A DNA stretch of 64,000 nucleotides, from positions 4,160,001 to 4,224,000 of the forward strand of contig OZ223209.1 in NCBI GenBank assembly GCA_965140415.1, given 5' to 3'. Within the stretch, counting starts at the first letter, position 1. Each line of letters opens with the position of its first letter. Positions 59,953 through 64,000 of this stretch are shown here, piece by piece. The stretch comes from Myxococcota bacterium. Lineage in GTDB: Bacteria > Myxococcota_A > SURF-8. Below the pieces are notes generated by a model. The model saw nothing but the letters and a program-made list of their open reading frames with translations. It was not told the origin of the DNA and made no database searches. The position numbers were made by a program, and so were the translations under genes.

Positions 59953-60840
59953 ATGATCGTCAACCTTCTTGGTGTTCGCGGTTCCAGACCCGTATCCATG
60001 CTCGATATGTTGCGATACGGCGGAAACACGACCTCCTTCAAGATCGAAATTCACGGCATGCCACCGATTTTCATCGATGGCGGAACCGGCTTGTACGAAG
60101 AAGGCATCCGACTCGTTCAAAACGGCATTCCAGAAAAGATCTACTTCTTTATCACCCACACGCATTGGGATCACATCCTGGCCTTTCCCTTTTTCCGTCC
60201 CTTATACGAAGAAGGCTGTCACGTGGTCTTTTATGCCCCGGTATCGCACAATCAGCGGTTTATCGAGTTGATCCAAGGTCAGCATAACCCCAAAGCGTTT
60301 CCGGTTCCTTACGAGCAGCTGAAAGCGCGACAGACCTTTATCGACGTACTGCCTAACGACCGCTTCGACCTGGGAATGGCGCAGGTAAGCACCTATCAAC
60401 TCAACCATGCAGGAACGACACTGGGATATCGATTCGAAGCGGAAAAACGTTCGGTTGCGATTATTACGGACAATGCCCCCATCGAAAACAACTATCTAGG
60501 CGAAGGCATTGCGGAAAAGGCATTGTTAGACAGTTCCACATTCGAAAACGAATGGACCGAAGGGCTGATCCAATTCATGGATAGTGCGGATCTGGTGATA
60601 TTCGATACGCACTTTACCAACGAAACGATTAAAAACCGCCGCCATTGGGGGCACTCCTCCCCGGATATGGCGATTGATCTTTGCCTGCGAGCTGGTGTAA
60701 AACGCCTGATTCTTCACCATCACGCGCCGGAAGACAGCGATAAACTGGTCGACGCCAAAGCGGAAGCCGCCTGGGAGCGGGTTCAGGGCATGAACCTTCA
60801 GGTGGAACCGGGAACGGAAGGAATGAAGATATGGCTATGA
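59953..60840 (+). CDS. MBL-fold metallo-hydrolase
   Basis: GVRGSRP...YGGNT, DGGTG, THTHWDH, GHS, HHAP. Confidence 0.9.
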   Translation: MIVNLLGVRGSRPVSMLDMLRYGGNTTSFKIEIHGMPPIFIDGGTGLYEEGIRLVQNGIPEKIYFFITHTHWDHILAFPFFRPLYEEGCHVVFYAPVSHNQRFIELIQGQHNPKAFPVPYEQLKARQTFIDVLPNDRFDLGMAQVSTYQLNHAGTTLGYRFEAEKRSVAIITDNAPIENNYLGEGIAEKALLDSSTFENEWTEGLIQFMDSADLVIFDTHFTNETIKNRRHWGHSSPDMAIDLCLRAGVKRLILHHHAPEDSDKLVDAKAEAAWERVQGMNLQVEPGTEGMKIWL

Positions 60841-61670
60841 CCGTCACCTTTTATGGTACGCGCGGCGGTATCATGTCGGTCTCACGCGATCGTTTGATCT
60901 ACGGTGGCCATACGACCTGTTTGTCAATCGCTTCACAAAAAGAACTGCTGATCATCGACGCCGGATTCGGCATCGCCAATCTGGGTGCCAAGTTGATGCA
61001 GGAATATGACATCACCAAAGGTGGATATTCCTTCCATTTACTGCTGACCCATTTTCACTGGGATCACATCCAGGGCTTGCAGTATTTTACACCAATCTAT
61101 TTTCCTAATAATCACATCTATCTGCATTCGCCGTTTCCGGAAAAGGAAGTGCGAGAAGTATTCGACCTGCTGCTCGACGATTCCTATTCGCCATTTAACG
61201 GGCTAAACAGCCTGCCCTGCACCTGGCACCTGGAACAACTGAAAGAGGAAACAGAGATCGGGATCTTCACGATTTCCCACCACCCCACAGTACATCTGGG
61301 TGAAAGCTATGCCTACCGCATTAAAAACGGCGGTAAAACACTTGTATTCTCGGGAGATCATGACGCAGCGGAAAGCAAACGAAACGATGACTTCGTAAAC
61401 TGGGCCACAGGTTGCGACCTGCTGATCCACGAAGCGATGTACACACCGGCAGAGTATCAGCGCTCGCCCGGATTCGGTCATAGTTCCTTTATCACCGCCA
61501 TGGCCAACGCCAAACGCATCAATGCACCATTGACCCTGTTGACGCACCATGAACCCTTACGGAGCGACTCGGAGCTCGGCGAGCACGAACGGTACATGGA
61601 AAGACTCTACAACAAGAAAGATCGCCGCTTGGCCTTCGCCAGAGAAGACATCGAGTACCAAATCAAGTAA
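60831..61670 (+). CDS. MBL-fold metallo-hydrolase (tandem paralog)
   Basis: GTRGG...YGGHT, DAGFG, THFHWDH, GHS, HHEP. Confidence 0.9.
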   Translation: MAMTVTFYGTRGGIMSVSRDRLIYGGHTTCLSIASQKELLIIDAGFGIANLGAKLMQEYDITKGGYSFHLLLTHFHWDHIQGLQYFTPIYFPNNHIYLHSPFPEKEVREVFDLLLDDSYSPFNGLNSLPCTWHLEQLKEETEIGIFTISHHPTVHLGESYAYRIKNGGKTLVFSGDHDAAESKRNDDFVNWATGCDLLIHEAMYTPAEYQRSPGFGHSSFITAMANAKRINAPLTLLTHHEPLRSDSELGEHERYMERLYNKKDRRLAFAREDIEYQIK

Positions 61671-61717
61671 TCGCCGCCCCCATTACCGCTTTTTTTTTGA
61701 GATTGGCCCTCTAGTTC

Positions 61718-62542
61718 TTATGCGAGGAACCAGTTGAAGTAGTAATAAAGTACGGGAGATGCAAAGAGCACCGCATCGAAGCGGTCCAATACGCCGCCAT
61801 GACCGGGAATGATCGTACCGCTGTCTTTGATGCCGAAACTGCGTTTCAATAACGATTCGCATAAATCGCCGACCTGACCCACATAACCCATGATGAGTGA
61901 CAGCACAATCAGGTGCAAAGCCGGCCAGTTCAAGGACAACATGGCATCGAAAGCAAAGGCTCCGCCAATCCCTGCCAATGCGCCGCCGACCGATCCTTCC
62001 CAGGTTTTCTTGGGGCTGACCGCTTCGTAAAATTTATGCTTTCCTAAATAACGTCCGGCAAAATAGCCGCCGGTATCGTTCATCCAAACCACTGCCAATA
62101 AAAAGAGCACCAGCTTCCATCCCGCAGGATCGGGAGTTACCTGCAACATAAATGGGAAGAAGAACAGCACGTCGATGTAGATCAATCCCAAAACCCCAAT
62201 CGCCGTTCTCGACGCCGCCGTCTGTATTTCGCCGTAGTTGAAAAGGAAGAAAATGAAGAGAGCAAGGAATCCGAACACCAGCGGTGCGTGGAAAATCGAA
62301 TCGGGCAACTCGAAGACGACGCCCATTCCCCATAGCAAGTAAACCAAAGCTCCGATGGCGATACAAAAACGCCGGATATTGGTATTCTCCGGGAAAGCCA
62401 TTCCGTAATACTCGGAAAGTGCGATACCGGCAATCGCCATCAATAGCAGAAACACCACGAAATGGGGAGCGAAAATCAGAATCGGTAACGCAACAGGAAT
62501 GCCGATCACCGCGACGAGCACTCGTTTATAAAGCATATTCAC
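61718..62542 (-). CDS. cdsA: Phosphatidate cytidylyltransferase
   Basis: DTGGYFAG, SPKKTWEG, GDLCESLLKR..GIKDSG..IPGHGGVLDRFD. Confidence 0.97.
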   Translation of the reverse strand: MNMLYKRVLVAVIGIPVALPILIFAPHFVVFLLLMAIAGIALSEYYGMAFPENTNIRRFCIAIGALVYLLWGMGVVFELPDSIFHAPLVFGFLALFIFFLFNYGEIQTAASRTAIGVLGLIYIDVLFFFPFMLQVTPDPAGWKLVLFLLAVVWMNDTGGYFAGRYLGKHKFYEAVSPKKTWEGSVGGALAGIGGAFAFDAMLSLNWPALHLIVLSLIMGYVGQVGDLCESLLKRSFGIKDSGTIIPGHGGVLDRFDAVLFASPVLYYYFNWFLA

Positions 62543-62560
62543 AGACCCTTTCGAATGGGG

Positions 62561-63295
62561 TTATTTCGTTAACTGTTCAGAGATATGGCCGAAGCGCCGC
62601 TCCCTATTCTGATAGGCGTAGATCGCTTCGTACAGGCGCTCTTTGTTGAACTCCGGCCAGAAATAGTCGGGGAAGAGCATTTCGGCATAAGCAATCTGCC
62701 AGGGCAGAAATCCACTGGTGCGCTGCTCTCCCGAAGTTCGGATCATCAAGTCCACCGGCGGCAACTGCGGCACATACAAATGCTGCTCGAAAATTTCTTT
62801 CGTAATGGATTCCGGCTGCAACTCACCCTGCTGAACTTTCTTCGCGATCTGCACACAGGCGTCCACCAGTTCCTGCTTGCCGCCATAGGCCAGGCACAGA
62901 TTCAGGAACATGCCATTGTTGGAAGAGGATTCCTCCATTAACGGAAGCAGCTTTTCCTTTACGAAATCGGGCAGTTCATGGACATGACCACTGCAAACGA
63001 GACGAATATTGTTATTCAGAATTTCGTCCCGTTCTTCGATCAAATAGCGTTCCAGCAAGCGCATCAAAGCATCGACTTCACGCTTGGGTCTGGCCCAGTT
63101 TTCCTCTGAAAAAGCATAGAGCGACAGTGCGTCGATACCAAGTTCGCGACAGGCCGTAACCGTCACTTTGACTGCTCCAGCGCCTTTTTCGTGTCCTTTT
63201 ACCCGTTCCAGTATTCGTTTTTTCGCCCAGCGCCCATTGCCGTCCATAATAATGGCGACATGACGTGGCAGCCGGGAAAGATCCAAGTTCTTCAT
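62561..63295 (-). CDS. uppS: Undecaprenyl diphosphate synthase
   Basis: HVAIIMDGNGRWA, YAFSEENWARP, IRTSGEQR.SGFL.WQ.AYAE. Confidence 0.97.
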   Translation of the reverse strand: MKNLDLSRLPRHVAIIMDGNGRWAKKRILERVKGHEKGAGAVKVTVTACRELGIDALSLYAFSEENWARPKREVDALMRLLERYLIEERDEILNNNIRLVCSGHVHELPDFVKEKLLPLMEESSSNNGMFLNLCLAYGGKQELVDACVQIAKKVQQGELQPESITKEIFEQHLYVPQLPPVDLMIRTSGEQRTSGFLPWQIAYAEMLFPDYFWPEFNKERLYEAIYAYQNRERRFGHISEQLTK

Positions 63296-63507
63296 TCCAA
63301 ATTCCTCCGCTTCAATCGCGCGCAGCATAGCATAGCCCTTTGTAGGTCGCAACAAGAAAGGCGGCTCACATCGTCCCGATTTTAGTCGCTTTATCCGTAT
63401 TTTTGCATTGGCATCACAGGTCGCTTTTGCTAGACTGCCCCCACAAGTAACAGATCGTCGTAACAACACCGCCTTGTCTATCGGGCGTAGCAACGAAGGA
63501 GCAGAAA

Positions 63508-63912
63508 ATGATCAAGAAAATCGACCATATCGCAATCGGCGTCAACGACCTGGACAAAGCCATCGCTTTCTATCGCGACGTGCTTGGCCTGCCGGCTTCC
63601 GAACCGGAAGTGGTCGAATCGCAGAAAGTGCGTGTGGTAATGGTGCCGGTCGGTGAAGTGAAAGTGGAACTGATGGAACCGATCAGCGAAGAATCCCCGC
63701 TGTTTAAAAGCATGGCCAAACGCGGCGAAGGCATCCAGCACATCTGCTTCGGAGTGGACGATGTTCACGCTGAAATGAAAAAGCTGAAGGATTCCGATGT
63801 CAAGACCTTACAGGACGCTCCCATCGAAGGCGCACACAACACCTTGGCCTTCTTCCTGCATCCGAAAGCCGCAAACAGCGTCTTGTTGGAGTTCAATCAG
63901 AAAAAAGGCTGA
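63508..63912 (+). CDS. mce: Methylmalonyl-CoA epimerase
   Basis: KIDHIAIGV.DL, VELMEP, GEGIQHI, FLHPK...VLLE. Confidence 0.9.
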   Translation: MIKKIDHIAIGVNDLDKAIAFYRDVLGLPASEPEVVESQKVRVVMVPVGEVKVELMEPISEESPLFKSMAKRGEGIQHICFGVDDVHAEMKKLKDSDVKTLQDAPIEGAHNTLAFFLHPKAANSVLLEFNQKKG

Positions 63913-63923
63913 TACCGAACATG

Positions 63924-63951
63924 GGGCGACTCGGCAAAGTCCGGGTCGCCT
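63924..63951. terminator. Hairpin, possible terminator
   Basis: GGCGACTCGG/CCGGGTCGCC inverted repeat just after mce; no T tract. Confidence 0.4.
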
Positions 63952-64000
63952 ACCAACGCATCAGTAAAGAAATCCAGGACAATCCCCCGCCATGCGCGAA

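Noticed and set aside
1-64000. CRISPR array or rRNA
   Set aside because: No regularly spaced identical repeats with unique spacers and no rRNA-like sequence were seen.

Overview
Chromosomal window from a Gram-negative bacterium, most likely Myxococcota/deltaproteobacterial-type (inferred from a MYXO-CTERM-like tail, many Cys-rich lipoproteins with Asp-Gly-Asp linkers, and lptFG). The left ~19.9 kb looks accessory. It holds a small putative outer-membrane protein, two giant modular lipoproteins (Cys-rich + FGE-sulfatase + RCC1 or PQQ-type propellers) and a broken third paralog, a sigma54-activated redox/methyltransferase operon, several gene remnants, and an attP-like site built on the 3' half of tRNA-Thr(CGT). 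The rest is mostly housekeeping and secreted-protein genes (M18 peptidase, FadL, PduO, two arylsulfotransferase-like proteins, lptFG, cdsA, uppS, mce). Best candidates for undescribed biology: (1) a sigma54-driven radical SAM/SPASM enzyme paired with a leader-bearing lipoprotein of five 8-Cys repeats; (2) a modular surface-protein locus whose AT-rich cassettes sit between conserved GC-rich DNA anchors; (3) an ACP-HTH-BtrH-like-ABC module with a methyltransferase-ABC ATPase fusion; (4) an FGE-domain gene with an in-frame amber codon. All family calls come from recognising motifs by eye; no searches were run. No CRISPR array, rRNA, intact tRNA, integrase or reverse transcriptase was seen.
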